Shown: positions 8,935-17,727 of the stretch, piece by piece
How the letters are laid out: each line of letters begins with the position of its first letter
How positions within the stretch are numbered: position 1 is the first letter of the stretch
Source of the DNA: Bacilli bacterium
Lineage (GTDB): Bacteria; Bacillota_I; Bacilli_A; RFN20; CAG-826
Length of the DNA: 64,000 nucleotides
NCBI GenBank assembly: GCA_041654095.1
Contig: JBAZED010000003.1
Location: 4,089-68,088 of the forward strand
Direction: 5' to 3'
Made by a program: the position numbers and the translations under genes
The notes under the pieces: model-generated
What the model saw: only the letters and a program-made list of their open reading frames with translations
Told to the model about the DNA's origin: nothing
Databases searched by the model: none

Positions 8935-11900
8935 TTACAATCCGAACTTCTTGACTTTTTCCCAGCGTTTTTTGGCGTCTTCGGCTGATTTGTTAAGCAG
9001 GGCTTCGGCGTTTTCGGGATTGATGTTGGGCAGTTGCGAGAAGCGGGTTTCGTTCATCACAAAGTCTCTGAACTTGCTGAAATCCGGTTCTTTGCAATCG
9101 AGTTGTAGAGCCGGCAGGCCTTGGGCTTCGCGGCGCGGATCGTATCTAAAGGTCGTGAAATAACCGCATTCCACCGCGGCCTTTTCGGTGCGGATCGAGT
9201 TGGTCATTCCACCCTTGATGCCGTGGTTCACGCAAGGTGAGTAAGCGATGATGAGGGAAGGTCCTTCATAGCTTTCGGCTTCTTTGAGGGCCTGGATGGC
9301 TTTCATCGCGTTGGCGCCGAGAGCAATCTGGGCGACATAGACGTGGCCATAGGTCATGGCGAGGAGCGCTAAGTTCTTCTTGGCGACCGCTTTGCCGCTG
9401 GCCGTGAATTTGGCGATGGAGCCAACTTGCGAGGATTTAGAGGATTGACCGCCGGTATTTGAATACACTTCGGTATCGAGGACGAGGACGTTGACATCGT
9501 TGTTGTTGGCCAAGACGTGGTCGAGGCCGCCGTAACCGATATCGTAAGCCCAGCCGTCGCCACCGACGATCCAGATCGATTTATCGACGAGATCGCGCTC
9601 ATGGGCGAGCAGGCGTTTAATGTCATCATCTTTGCTAGCTTTGACCAAGCGGAGAAGTTCGTGAACGATCTTGCGGGCTTCAGCTTTATTCTTGATGTTG
9701 GCCAGATAATTGCGGCCCACTTCCTTGAGCTCTTCTTCGACTTTGTCGCTAACGAGAGCATCACTGACGATTTTGGCGATTAAGCCAAGTTTATAATCGG
9801 TGGCTAAGCGCATGCCAAAGCCGTATTCGGCGTTGTCTTCAAAGAGGGAGTTGGCCCACGCTATGCCTTCGCCATTATCATCTTTGACGAATGGAGTAAG
9901 AGGCGTCGAACCGCAGTAGATGGAGGTGCAGCCGGTCGCATTGGCGACGAGCATGTCGCGGCCAAAGAGTTGGGAGGCTAAGCGGTAATACGGCGTTTCG
10001 CCGCATCCGGCACAAGCTCCAGACACTTCCATGTAAGGCATTAGGAAACCGACGCCTTTGACGGTCGTGAGCGGGAATTTATCGCTCTTGTATGAAGTGT
10101 GTTTGTATAGATAGTCAGCGCCCTCTTCTTGGGCAAACTGGCCTTTAGCTTCCACCATCTCAAGGGCGATACGGCCCGTTTTGTTGGCGAGACACTCGGC
10201 TACGCAGACGCCACAGCCGACGCAGTTCTTCGTCGAGACTTGAATGCGAAACTTCAATCCGGCCACCGCTGGTCCGCCGACGGCATCGCGCACATCGTTT
10301 TTGACGATATCCGGAGCTTTGCTTAATTCTTCCTCATTAATGAGGAACGGGCGAATCGTCGCATGGGGACAGACGAAGGAACAAGTATTGCATTGGATAC
10401 AGTTTTCCTTAATCCAGTGGGGAACCATATCGGCGATGCTGCGCTTCTCTTTGAAAGTGATGTTGTTATCCATCGTTCCGTCGAGGAGTTCGTGCTCGGT
10501 GAACTTGCTGACCGGGATCGTATCGCCATCGAGAGAGCCGACGATATCCACGTAGTTATCAAAGTAGTCATCGCCGGTTTTGAGGCTGACGCGATGGTAA
10601 GGGAGTTCAATCCACTTCGGATTGACTCTGACTTCGCGGAGACCTTGCGTGCCGGCATCGATGGCTTGGTAGTTTTTGTTGACGACATCTTCGCCTTTTT
10701 TGCCATAAGCTTTCAAGACGAGTTTTTTCATCCATTTCACGGCCTCTTCATAAGGCATGATGGTTTGATTGAGATAGAAGAAACTGGCTTGCAGAATGGT
10801 GTTGTTATGCCTACCCATCCCAATTTCGCGGGCGATTTTATTGGCATCGATGACGAAGAAGTGAGCGTTGCGCTTAGCGAGTTGGTGCTTGACGCGGTTG
10901 GGCATCATCTTGACCAGATTCTCGTCATCCATATCGGTATTGAGCAAGAACGTCCCGCCTTTTTTCAAATTCTTGATCATATCGTATCTGACGATATAGG
11001 TATCGAGTGAACAGCTGATGAAGTCGGCGTTGCCGATGAAATAAGTCGAGTGGATCGGCGACTTGCCGAAGCGGAGGTGGGAGCGGGTGACGCCGCCGGC
11101 TTTGCGCGAGTCATATTGGAAATAAGCTTGAGCGTACTGACCGGTCGCATCGCCGATGATCTTGATCGATGATTTATTGGCGGAGACGGTACCATCGCTA
11201 CCTAATCCGTAGAACAGGCATGATGTATAATCATTCGCGACATGGAAATCTTCGTCGACGGGAAGAGAGCGATTGGTGACATCATCGACGATGCCGATGG
11301 TGAAATCGTGGAATGGATGGCCCTTAAGCATGTCGTAGACAGCTTTAATGTCGCGAGGTGGGACATCCTTGCTGGAGAGGCCGTAACGACCGCCAAAGAC
11401 GGCGATATCGCGTCCTTCTTGGCGAAGGGCGGATACGACATCGAGATACAAGGGCTCACCGGGAGCTCCCATTTCCTTCGTGCGATCCAAGACGGCAATC
11501 CGCTTGACGCTGTGAGGAAGGACGCTGGCGAGATGTTTAGCTGCGAAGGGGCGATAGAGGTGGACTTTTACCAAACCGACTTTGGCACCACTCTTGCGGA
11601 GTTCATCGATGACTTCAATTGTCGTTTCGGTCACCGAACCCATCGCGACGACGACATCTTCGGCGTTCTCATCGCCATAGTAGGTAAATGGCGCATAGTG
11701 GCGGCCTGTCAACCGGCTGGCTTCGGCAAAATACTTTTCGGCGTAATCGAGAACCTTGGCGTAGTGAGCGTTTTGAGCTTCGCGGCCTTGGAAGTAGATG
11801 TCTTCGTTTTCAGCGCCGCCGCGTGTGACGGGGTGGGTGTGAGGATTTAAGGCGCGCGCCTTAAATTTTTCGACTTTATCGAGGGGTAAAAGCTTTTTCC

Positions 11901-12477
11901 ATTCGGCATCATCGATTAATTCGATGTTTTGAATTTCGTGCGAAGTTCTGAAACCATCAAAAAAGTGCAAAACCGGGGCTTCGGCATCGATGGCGATCAA
12001 ATGGGCGAGAGGCGCGAGATCGGCGACTTCCTGAACGCTGTGAGAAGCCATGATGGTGATGCCGGTTTGACGAACGGCATAAATGTCTTGGTGATCGCCG
12101 AAGATCGATAGGGATCTGGTCGCGATGCTGCGCGCCGAAACGTGCAGGACGGCGGGGAGCAATTCGCCGCACCACTTATAAATATTAGGAATCATCAATA
12201 GCAAGCCTTGGCTAGCCGTATATGAGGAAGCGAAAGCTCCCCCTTGCAACGCGCCGTGAACGGCCGCGGCCGCTCCGCCTTCGGATTGCATTTCGACGAC
12301 TTTGCAGACATTGCCGAAAAAATTGATCTTGCCTTGCGAGGCATAGACGTCGACTAACTCGGCCATGGTCGAGCTGGGAGTAATCGGATAAATACCCGCG
12401 ACTTCGGTGAAATTATAACTGGCGAGCGCGGCGGCTGTATTGCCATCGACCGATAGGAAATGTTTTTTTATTGCCAT
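8935..12477 (-). CDS. nifJ: pyruvate:ferredoxin (flavodoxin) oxidoreductase, single-polypeptide type
   Basis: 1180 aa. Two ferredoxin-type clusters (CIQCNTCSFVCP, CVGCGVCVAEC), the TPP-binding GGDGWAYDIG motif, and an overall PFOR domain order. Confidence 0.95.
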   Translation of the reverse strand: MAIKKHFLSVDGNTAAALASYNFTEVAGIYPITPSSTMAELVDVYASQGKINFFGNVCKVVEMQSEGGAAAAVHGALQGGAFASSYTASQGLLLMIPNIYKWCGELLPAVLHVSARSIATRSLSIFGDHQDIYAVRQTGITIMASHSVQEVADLAPLAHLIAIDAEAPVLHFFDGFRTSHEIQNIELIDDAEWKKLLPLDKVEKFKARALNPHTHPVTRGGAENEDIYFQGREAQNAHYAKVLDYAEKYFAEASRLTGRHYAPFTYYGDENAEDVVVAMGSVTETTIEVIDELRKSGAKVGLVKVHLYRPFAAKHLASVLPHSVKRIAVLDRTKEMGAPGEPLYLDVVSALRQEGRDIAVFGGRYGLSSKDVPPRDIKAVYDMLKGHPFHDFTIGIVDDVTNRSLPVDEDFHVANDYTSCLFYGLGSDGTVSANKSSIKIIGDATGQYAQAYFQYDSRKAGGVTRSHLRFGKSPIHSTYFIGNADFISCSLDTYIVRYDMIKNLKKGGTFLLNTDMDDENLVKMMPNRVKHQLAKRNAHFFVIDANKIAREIGMGRHNNTILQASFFYLNQTIMPYEEAVKWMKKLVLKAYGKKGEDVVNKNYQAIDAGTQGLREVRVNPKWIELPYHRVSLKTGDDYFDNYVDIVGSLDGDTIPVSKFTEHELLDGTMDNNITFKEKRSIADMVPHWIKENCIQCNTCSFVCPHATIRPFLINEEELSKAPDIVKNDVRDAVGGPAVAGLKFRIQVSTKNCVGCGVCVAECLANKTGRIALEMVEAKGQFAQEEGADYLYKHTSYKSDKFPLTTVKGVGFLMPYMEVSGACAGCGETPYYRLASQLFGRDMLVANATGCTSIYCGSTPLTPFVKDDNGEGIAWANSLFEDNAEYGFGMRLATDYKLGLIAKIVSDALVSDKVEEELKEVGRNYLANIKNKAEARKIVHELLRLVKASKDDDIKRLLAHERDLVDKSIWIVGGDGWAYDIGYGGLDHVLANNNDVNVLVLDTEVYSNTGGQSSKSSQVGSIAKFTASGKAVAKKNLALLAMTYGHVYVAQIALGANAMKAIQALKEAESYEGPSLIIAYSPCVNHGIKGGMTNSIRTEKAAVECGYFTTFRYDPRREAQGLPALQLDCKEPDFSKFRDFVMNETRFSQLPNINPENAEALLNKSAEDAKKRWEKVKKFGL

Positions 12478-12506
12478 GTAAATTCTCCTTCAAAAATACC
12501 TGCTAT

Positions 12507-12535
12507 ATTATATGTGGAAATCCGCTTTTATTCAA
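12507..12535 (-). promoter_or_regulatory. sigma70-type promoter of PFOR
   Basis: Minus strand: TTGAAT (12530-12535), 17-nt spacer, TATAAT (12507-12512). It lies about 30 nt upstream of the GGAG RBS and ATG. Confidence 0.6.
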
Positions 12536-12550
12536 GGTTATATAGTATAT

Positions 12551-12581
12551 AAAAAAGGAAGCCGCTGATGATAGGGCTTCC
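12551..12581 (-). terminator. rho-independent terminator after the 146-aa gene
   Basis: Minus strand GGAAGCC-ctatcatcagc-GGCTTCC followed by TTTTTTATAT. It starts 7 nt after the stop. Confidence 0.8.
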
Positions 12582-12587
12582 AATACT

Positions 12588-13028
12588 TCATTTCTTATTC
12601 TTTTTGCTTTTGCGCTCGTTTTGCTCGCGGGTCACGAGCCGTTTCAGAACGCGGAGGTCGGCATCGCCCAGTTGCGTGCTGCGATCGAAGAGACCGCTGC
12701 TTTCAAACACGAATTTCTTAAAGATGAAATCGAGGATTGAATCGTATTCGGACAGATCCTTTTTGGAGACGACAGCGCGCGGCTTGACCGTCTTTTTCTT
12801 CGCGCTGGCGAGTTCGTCGATATAGGCTTCCATAGCCGGAATGAGAGCCCGGACATCATATGTAAAATCCATGTTGACGAGCGGATCGAAATGCGACAGA
12901 GTCCGATTGATGACATCCGGAAAAATTCCCAACTCTTTCGACAGGTTTTCGGAGGTCAAGTATTTGCGGGGGCTCTTTTTAATCGCCGCGACGTATTTGC
13001 GCACATTGCTCAGGCTAGGACCGTTCAT
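12588..13028 (-). CDS. hypothetical DNA-binding protein; the N-terminal half resembles the Rex N-terminal winged helix, with no Rossmann domain
   Basis: 146 aa with its own promoter, RBS (AAAGAGGG) and terminator. TSENLSKELGIFPDVINRTLSHFDPLVNMDFTYDVRAL parallels Rex [38 protein letters not shown]. The tail is basic and K-rich. Coding status is confident; the function is tentative. Confidence 0.5.
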   Translation of the reverse strand: MNGPSLSNVRKYVAAIKKSPRKYLTSENLSKELGIFPDVINRTLSHFDPLVNMDFTYDVRALIPAMEAYIDELASAKKKTVKPRAVVSKKDLSEYDSILDFIFKKFVFESSGLFDRSTQLGDADLRVLKRLVTREQNERKSKKNKK

Positions 13029-13047
13029 GATTTACCCTCTTTAATTA

Positions 13048-13076
13048 ATTATATACTTGAAATATACTATCAACAA
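13048..13076 (-). promoter_or_regulatory. sigma70-type promoter of the 146-aa gene
   Basis: Minus strand TTGTTG (13071-13076), 17-nt spacer, TATAAT (13048-13053). Confidence 0.5.
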
Positions 13077-13080
13077 TAAA

Positions 13081-13110
13081 GAATAAACCGCACATAGTGC
13101 GGCTTTTATT
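13081..13110 (-). terminator. terminator after tRNA-Lys (hairpin usable in both orientations)
   Basis: CCGCAC-ata-GTGCGG, flanked by TTTATTC on the minus strand and CTTTTATT on the plus strand. Confidence 0.55.
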
Positions 13111-13113
13111 CAA

Positions 13114-13189
<76 letters not shown>

Positions 13190-13216
13190 ATATCGCGCAA
13201 TCAGCGGAGGTAGAAT

Positions 13217-13648
13217 CTACTTCTTATCCAAATACTTTTCGCGAACTTCGGCGATCTTGATTCCCAGCCTCTTCAATTTGCCGAGATGGATAATCAAGAC
13301 GATGAGGCCATAGATGAGAATCGCCGACCCGGTGATTAGCAAGAAGAGGGACACCCAAAATTCAAAGGCCGTCGTCGACAAGGTCCGGAATTCATCTGCT
13401 ACATCAATTAGTTTAAAAGCTAAGATAAAAAATAGACCGCCTAAGATCAACGAAATCAGACCGAGGATGATAAAAACCATCGCCGTATCGTTTTTTTCGC
13501 GGGAGAAATTTTCATTCTTATGAAGCATTTGCACGAGTTTACGAGCATCGTCGTTCGTCAGTTCTTCACGCCCAAAAGCTTGTCCGCATTTCGGACAATT
13601 CGCCAAATCCTCTTTTGTCTCGTGACCGCAAAATCTACAATAATACAT
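13217..13648 (-). CDS. zinc-ribbon membrane protein (hypothetical)
   Basis: N-terminal CRFCGH...CPKCG zinc ribbon, followed by two long hydrophobic helices. Confidence 0.7.
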   Translation of the reverse strand: MYYCRFCGHETKEDLANCPKCGQAFGREELTNDDARKLVQMLHKNENFSREKNDTAMVFIILGLISLILGGLFFILAFKLIDVADEFRTLSTTAFEFWVSLFLLITGSAILIYGLIVLIIHLGKLKRLGIKIAEVREKYLDKK

Positions 13649-13668
13649 AAATTTTTCCTACCTTTGTA

Positions 13669-13697
13669 ATTATATGAAATATCTGCTATGTAGTCAA
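13669..13697 (-). promoter_or_regulatory. sigma70-type promoter of the zinc-ribbon gene / tRNA-Lys unit
   Basis: Minus strand TTGACT (13692-13697), 17-nt spacer, TATAAT (13669-13674). Confidence 0.6.
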
Positions 13698-13727
13698 TTA
13701 TTAATATAATTGCCGAAGCATAACAAA

Positions 13728-13763
13728 CGAAAAAGAAAGGGCTTGAGAATAACTCTCAAACCC
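13728..13763 (-). terminator. strong rho-independent terminator closing the ABC/nuclease operon
   Basis: Minus strand GGGTTTGAGA-gttat-TCTCAAGCCC (10 bp including one G-U) followed by TTTCTTTTTCG. It lies about 20 nt after the Big_2 lipoprotein stop. Confidence 0.8.
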
Positions 13764-13784
13764 AATTTCTAAATTAGAATTCTC

Positions 13785-15062
13785 TTAGTCTACCACGAGA
13801 GTCGGACCAACGACTTGATATGTTTCGTTATATTTGCCGACAAATCCGGTTAGCGAAACGACATCGCTGACATTCAAGCCTTGGAATGTAGTGTAATCGG
13901 CAGCCGAAACATCGGCCTGCTTAACATAGACTTGATATTCTTTCGTACCAGTCGAAACTACGATGGTTATTCCGGAGTGGCCTTCTCCTTTATCATTGGA
14001 GGTAACCGTCCCAGAAAGGCTGACGAGACGATTTTGATCAGGGAAGGATATCGTCGCTGAATCATTAAGAACCTTGGCAACCGGCACTTCGATATCAGGA
14101 CTCGATGCAATTACTTCGATGGATTCGGGTTTGACTTCCATCAATCCATAAAAGACCGAGATGCTTCCGATGATTCGCAAGATGGTGCTCGTCGTAAACG
14201 TAGCGAGCAAATCAGCGTTGGAATAACCATATAACAAGACCGCGCTTTCACCATCGCCGACGAAGACGCCGTTATATGAATTGCCGCTATAAGCTCCTAA
14301 AAAGTAAGCATCAAAGGCCACACCGGCCTTATCAGACAAGCCTTTTCCGCCGTTAGACGAGTAAATCTCGGAGACGCGAATAATAGTTAATGTATTGACG
14401 CGAACGTTATAGTTCTTGGTTACGCCGGTGGCCGCGCTATTGTACAAGACGCTCGCGTTTAGTCGACACATCGCATAATCGTCATCGAATTCATTGCTGA
14501 AAGGTGGGGTGATAACGCATTCGTCACCATCGACACCGACTTCGATGTAGGTATTGAGATAACCCTTGGTGAGGGGATCATTGACTGCGGTATATACAAT
14601 TTGAAAAGTGTATCCAAGATAAACGACTTCGGTAATAAGATCAAAATTCGTCGTAACACCGGTGGTCGAAATGTTTGGATATAAGACGAGATTGATTGCT
14701 TCGGCCGCTGCTTCCAAGGCGGTGTATTCGGTGATTGAAACTTCGCATTTGGCCGTTTTTCCGCTGTCGTTTGAAGTGACGACAACATTGGTCGTGCCTT
14801 CCGCGACGGCGGTGACGATACCGGTCGCATCGACAGTCGCGATGGCGGCATTTTCGGTCGACCAAGTAACCTCTTTGTTGGGAGCGTCAGCGGGCGCAAA
14901 ACTGACATCGAGTTGTTCGGTTTCCGCCTCGGCGCCGATACTGAGTTCAACGGAATCCGGCATGATTTGCAAGCCGGTCACGTGAACCGTGTCATCGCCG
15001 CAGCCAGCCAATAGCGAAATGGACATGACCGCTAGAGATAAGATAGCACTAATTCTTTTCAT
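13785..15062 (-). CDS. surface lipoprotein with an N-terminal Big_2 Ig-like domain and OB-fold-like C-terminal modules
   Basis: Lipobox LLAGC. The Big_2 pattern reads VTGLQIMPDSVELSIGAEAETEQLDVSFAPADAPNKEVTWSTENAAIATVDATGIVTAVAEGTTNVVVTS. The C-terminal segments (GVFVGDGESAVLLYGY...IIGSISVFYGLMEV; VSLSGTV...VSLTGFVGKYNETYQV) look like nuclease-associated OB folds. Confidence 0.7.
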   Translation of the reverse strand: MKRISAILSLAVMSISLLAGCGDDTVHVTGLQIMPDSVELSIGAEAETEQLDVSFAPADAPNKEVTWSTENAAIATVDATGIVTAVAEGTTNVVVTSNDSGKTAKCEVSITEYTALEAAAEAINLVLYPNISTTGVTTNFDLITEVVYLGYTFQIVYTAVNDPLTKGYLNTYIEVGVDGDECVITPPFSNEFDDDYAMCRLNASVLYNSAATGVTKNYNVRVNTLTIIRVSEIYSSNGGKGLSDKAGVAFDAYFLGAYSGNSYNGVFVGDGESAVLLYGYSNADLLATFTTSTILRIIGSISVFYGLMEVKPESIEVIASSPDIEVPVAKVLNDSATISFPDQNRLVSLSGTVTSNDKGEGHSGITIVVSTGTKEYQVYVKQADVSAADYTTFQGLNVSDVVSLTGFVGKYNETYQVVGPTLVVD

Positions 15063-15075
15063 ACTTTTCTCCTTT

Positions 15076-16374
15076 TTATGAATTGAAAACTAAATCAGCG
15101 TTCTTGCACAAGCTCACTTGGTAAGAAACATTGCCCGATAGAGATTCGTATCTCAACAGTGCGCCGGTGACATTAAAAGTCTCACCTTCAACTTGAAAAT
15201 AGAGCGGATCGAGAATTCGGTCGAAACCCGAACCGGCGCGATCATAGACGTGGACATTGTCAGAAATGCGAAGATTAATCGCGCCCGACAAATTATCCAT
15301 ACAATTAATAGTCATAGCATTAGAATCGTCTTCTTTATAGCCGCCGGTTCCGTGAAGATTATTGACGGTGACGACGACATTAATATATTTGGGATCATTG
15401 CCTTGTGCGGCCGTAATCACCAATGGTTCGATGGCGTTTCCGGCCGTGATCAGCTTGATGTCATCCGGGCCGGGATAATACGGTGAATACTTCACGTCGA
15501 CCATTTGTAAATTGCCGTTAAAACTCGCGATGATACCGGTTAAACCGACTAAGTTGCCAATTGTTAAAAGCGGCGCGTAAGATTTGTACTGCGAGAAAAC
15601 ATAAAGACCGTAGCGCTGCGTGACGCCCGTCTCCTCGTCTTCGATATCGAGATTGATGTAGGCATCGGTGCCAATCGTCTTGGCGACAATACCTTCGAGA
15701 TACACTTTGGCGTCGATCCACGTCTCGGGATCTTCGACTACTTCTTTAATGCTGGTCACCGTGGCCGCTCCGTAATAGAAATCGGGATCGGGATCTTCGG
15801 ACCAGATGCGAATGGCTAAAGCTTGCGATTGCATATCAGCGTCATAAAAGACTTGGCTGAAGCGCGAATCGGAAATGCCCTTCGCACCCGAATAGCTCTC
15901 TTGAACGAGCCAGAGATTGATCATCTTGAAATCGCTGAGCGAGGGATTTTCGACAAAAGCGACCCAGATAAAAGATAGATAACGCGACCCGGTCGAATCG
16001 GCGACAGCAGGGCCAATCGCTTCGCTTTCGCTCGATAAGACGATTACCTTCGCCGCATTAAGCTTTTCGGCCGTGAATTTAGAAGCGGCTTTGCCCCACG
16101 GCTGAATTTGGCCGGTCGACTCTGGCGTATCGACACCGATAAAGCGGGCTTTGATACGATCTTCGGAGATGAGCGAAGTAAAGTGCGCCGTATCGCCGTC
16201 GACGGTGTTGAAAAGCGTCACTTCACCGATTCCGTCGGCAAGAAAATCGCGGCCTTCATATTCAGCTGTCAATTTCGTCTGTTCGACATAGTCGACAAAG
16301 GGCGCACCGTCGCAGCCACTGACGACGCCGGCGATGAGCGGTAATAAGAGAAAAAGTAAATTGCGTTTAATCAT
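15076..16374 (-). CDS. staphylococcal-nuclease (thermonuclease) family lipoprotein with OB-like C-terminal extension
   Basis: Lipobox VVSGC. The SNase core shows VDGDTAHF, ARFIGVDTPEST, WGKAASKFTAEKL, GSRYLSFIWV and NLWLVQESYSGA. It starts 3 nt after the SBP stop. Confidence 0.85.
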   Translation of the reverse strand: MIKRNLLFLLLPLIAGVVSGCDGAPFVDYVEQTKLTAEYEGRDFLADGIGEVTLFNTVDGDTAHFTSLISEDRIKARFIGVDTPESTGQIQPWGKAASKFTAEKLNAAKVIVLSSESEAIGPAVADSTGSRYLSFIWVAFVENPSLSDFKMINLWLVQESYSGAKGISDSRFSQVFYDADMQSQALAIRIWSEDPDPDFYYGAATVTSIKEVVEDPETWIDAKVYLEGIVAKTIGTDAYINLDIEDEETGVTQRYGLYVFSQYKSYAPLLTIGNLVGLTGIIASFNGNLQMVDVKYSPYYPGPDDIKLITAGNAIEPLVITAAQGNDPKYINVVVTVNNLHGTGGYKEDDSNAMTINCMDNLSGAINLRISDNVHVYDRAGSGFDRILDPLYFQVEGETFNVTGALLRYESLSGNVSYQVSLCKNADLVFNS

Positions 16375-16377
16375 GGT

Positions 16378-17706
16378 TTAAACCCCGCTGGCGAAGATGC
16401 ACTCAGTAATCGCGTCTTCGAATGCTTTATCGATGGTTTTAAGCTCCAATAAGACGCTGGCGATGATGCCGCCAACTACGTCACGAGCCTTCGAACTGCC
16501 GACAAAAACCGGCGAATAAAAGTAGGAATCGCGCATGTTAATCGTAACATTGGCGACTTTTGTGAAAAGGTTGGCATCGGCTCCTGTCGCATTTAAATGA
16601 GCTCGATATTCCGCAGTTTCATAAGAAGAGATACGAACCGGTTCATATCCGGTCAAAATCGAATAACGAGCCGAATTTTCGCTGTTGGATATAAATTTGT
16701 AAAATTCCCAAGCCGCCCTTTTTTCAGCCATTTTGGCTCTTTTGAAGAAAGTGATGGAAGGACCTTGCGAAATGACGGCCGGTTCTTCGGCGTCGATGGC
16801 GGGCGGAACGGCCACCCCGACTTCAAAGTTCGGTGAGAAATTATAACTAGTACCACCGGTAGAGCCGATGCTCATTAAAATGGTGCCATCAGTGAACTTG
16901 GTCGAAGTATAGCTGCTATTCGGCGAAACGCCTTTGGTGATGAAGAGACCTTCATCATAGAAAGCTTTTAGCTGTGTGACAAGGTCTTTGGCATCGGCGT
17001 TATCGAACAAGAAATGATTATTGCTATCTTGTGCGGTATATGGAATGCCCATCTGTTCACATAGGGTTATGAATAGATTGGAGTCGGAATCATAGCCCAG
17101 TGGAATCTTTGTTGGCGCAATCGCTTTAATGGTGCGGCAAAGAGCCAGCATTTCCGTCCAAGTGGTCGGGACTTCCAAACTATGAGCATTAAAGAAATCG
17201 ACATTATAAAACAGCGCTTCCGTCGACTTGCTGAAAGGCACGGAATACAAGCCATCGACTTGATATTCAAGACCTTCGCCCCAATATCCAGGAACAAAAT
17301 CATCGACGCCGGATTTGACAACTTCTCCTTCGAGATGCGAACCTTCGGCTTCGACAAAGCCAATTTCCTCATCGGTGAGATATGGAGTCATGTCTTCAAT
17401 CGCCCCGGATTTAATATAATTGGCGACGTGATCGGGATAGCAGAAGGCCATGGTCGGCGTCGTGCCGGCCGGGATGGCCGAAGAAATCTTATCGCGGATT
17501 TCCGGATAGCCGCCTTGAGAGGCGTGGGTGACGTTTATATCGGGGTGGAGGGCTGCGAACTCAGCAATCATATCGTCTAAAAGAGCTTTGTTGGATGCGC
17601 CCATCGTATGCCAAAAGACTACTTTGGTTCTCCCATCACCGTCACAGCCTGTCAAAAGGAGGACAAAAAGCGATGAAAAGGTTAAGATTTTTTTCGTGAT
17701 ATTCAT
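16378..17706 (-). CDS. ABC transporter substrate-binding lipoprotein, family 1 (CUT1-type), paralog B
   Basis: Lipobox LLLTGC. Shows VVFWHTMG...SQGGYPEIRDKISSAIPAGTTPTMAFCYPDHV. It is a paralog of the adjacent SBP. Confidence 0.85.
   Translation of the reverse strand: MNITKKILTFSSLFVLLLTGCDGDGRTKVVFWHTMGASNKALLDDMIAEFAALHPDINVTHASQGGYPEIRDKISSAIPAGTTPTMAFCYPDHVANYIKSGAIEDMTPYLTDEEIGFVEAEGSHLEGEVVKSGVDDFVPGYWGEGLEYQVDGLYSVPFSKSTEALFYNVDFFNAHSLEVPTTWTEMLALCRTIKAIAPTKIPLGYDSDSNLFITLCEQMGIPYTAQDSNNHFLFDNADAKDLVTQLKAFYDEGLFITKGVSPNSSYTSTKFTDGTILMSIGSTGGTSYNFSPNFEVGVAVPPAIDAEEPAVISQGPSITFFKRAKMAEKRAAWEFYKFISNSENSARYSILTGYEPVRISSYETAEYRAHLNATGADANLFTKVANVTINMRDSYFYSPVFVGSSKARDVVGGIIASVLLELKTIDKAFEDAITECIFASGV
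17480..17517. repeat. 38-nt run identical to 18827-18864 (SBP paralogs)
   Basis: gaagaaatcttatcgcggatttccggatagccgccttg is identical character for character in both SBP genes. The flanking bases differ. Confidence 0.9.
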
Positions 17707-17727
17707 TGAGTATTCAAACCCCCCATA

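Noticed and set aside
10363-11010. 215-aa plus-strand ORF, plus many similar 60-200-aa ORFs inside PFOR, rpoB, rpoC, fusA, uvrA, the ABC ATPase and others
   Set aside because: All are antisense or alternative-frame ORFs nested in long, motif-rich genes. G/C-rich third positions suppress stop codons on the opposite strand. Their products are low-complexity (D/G/R/F-rich).
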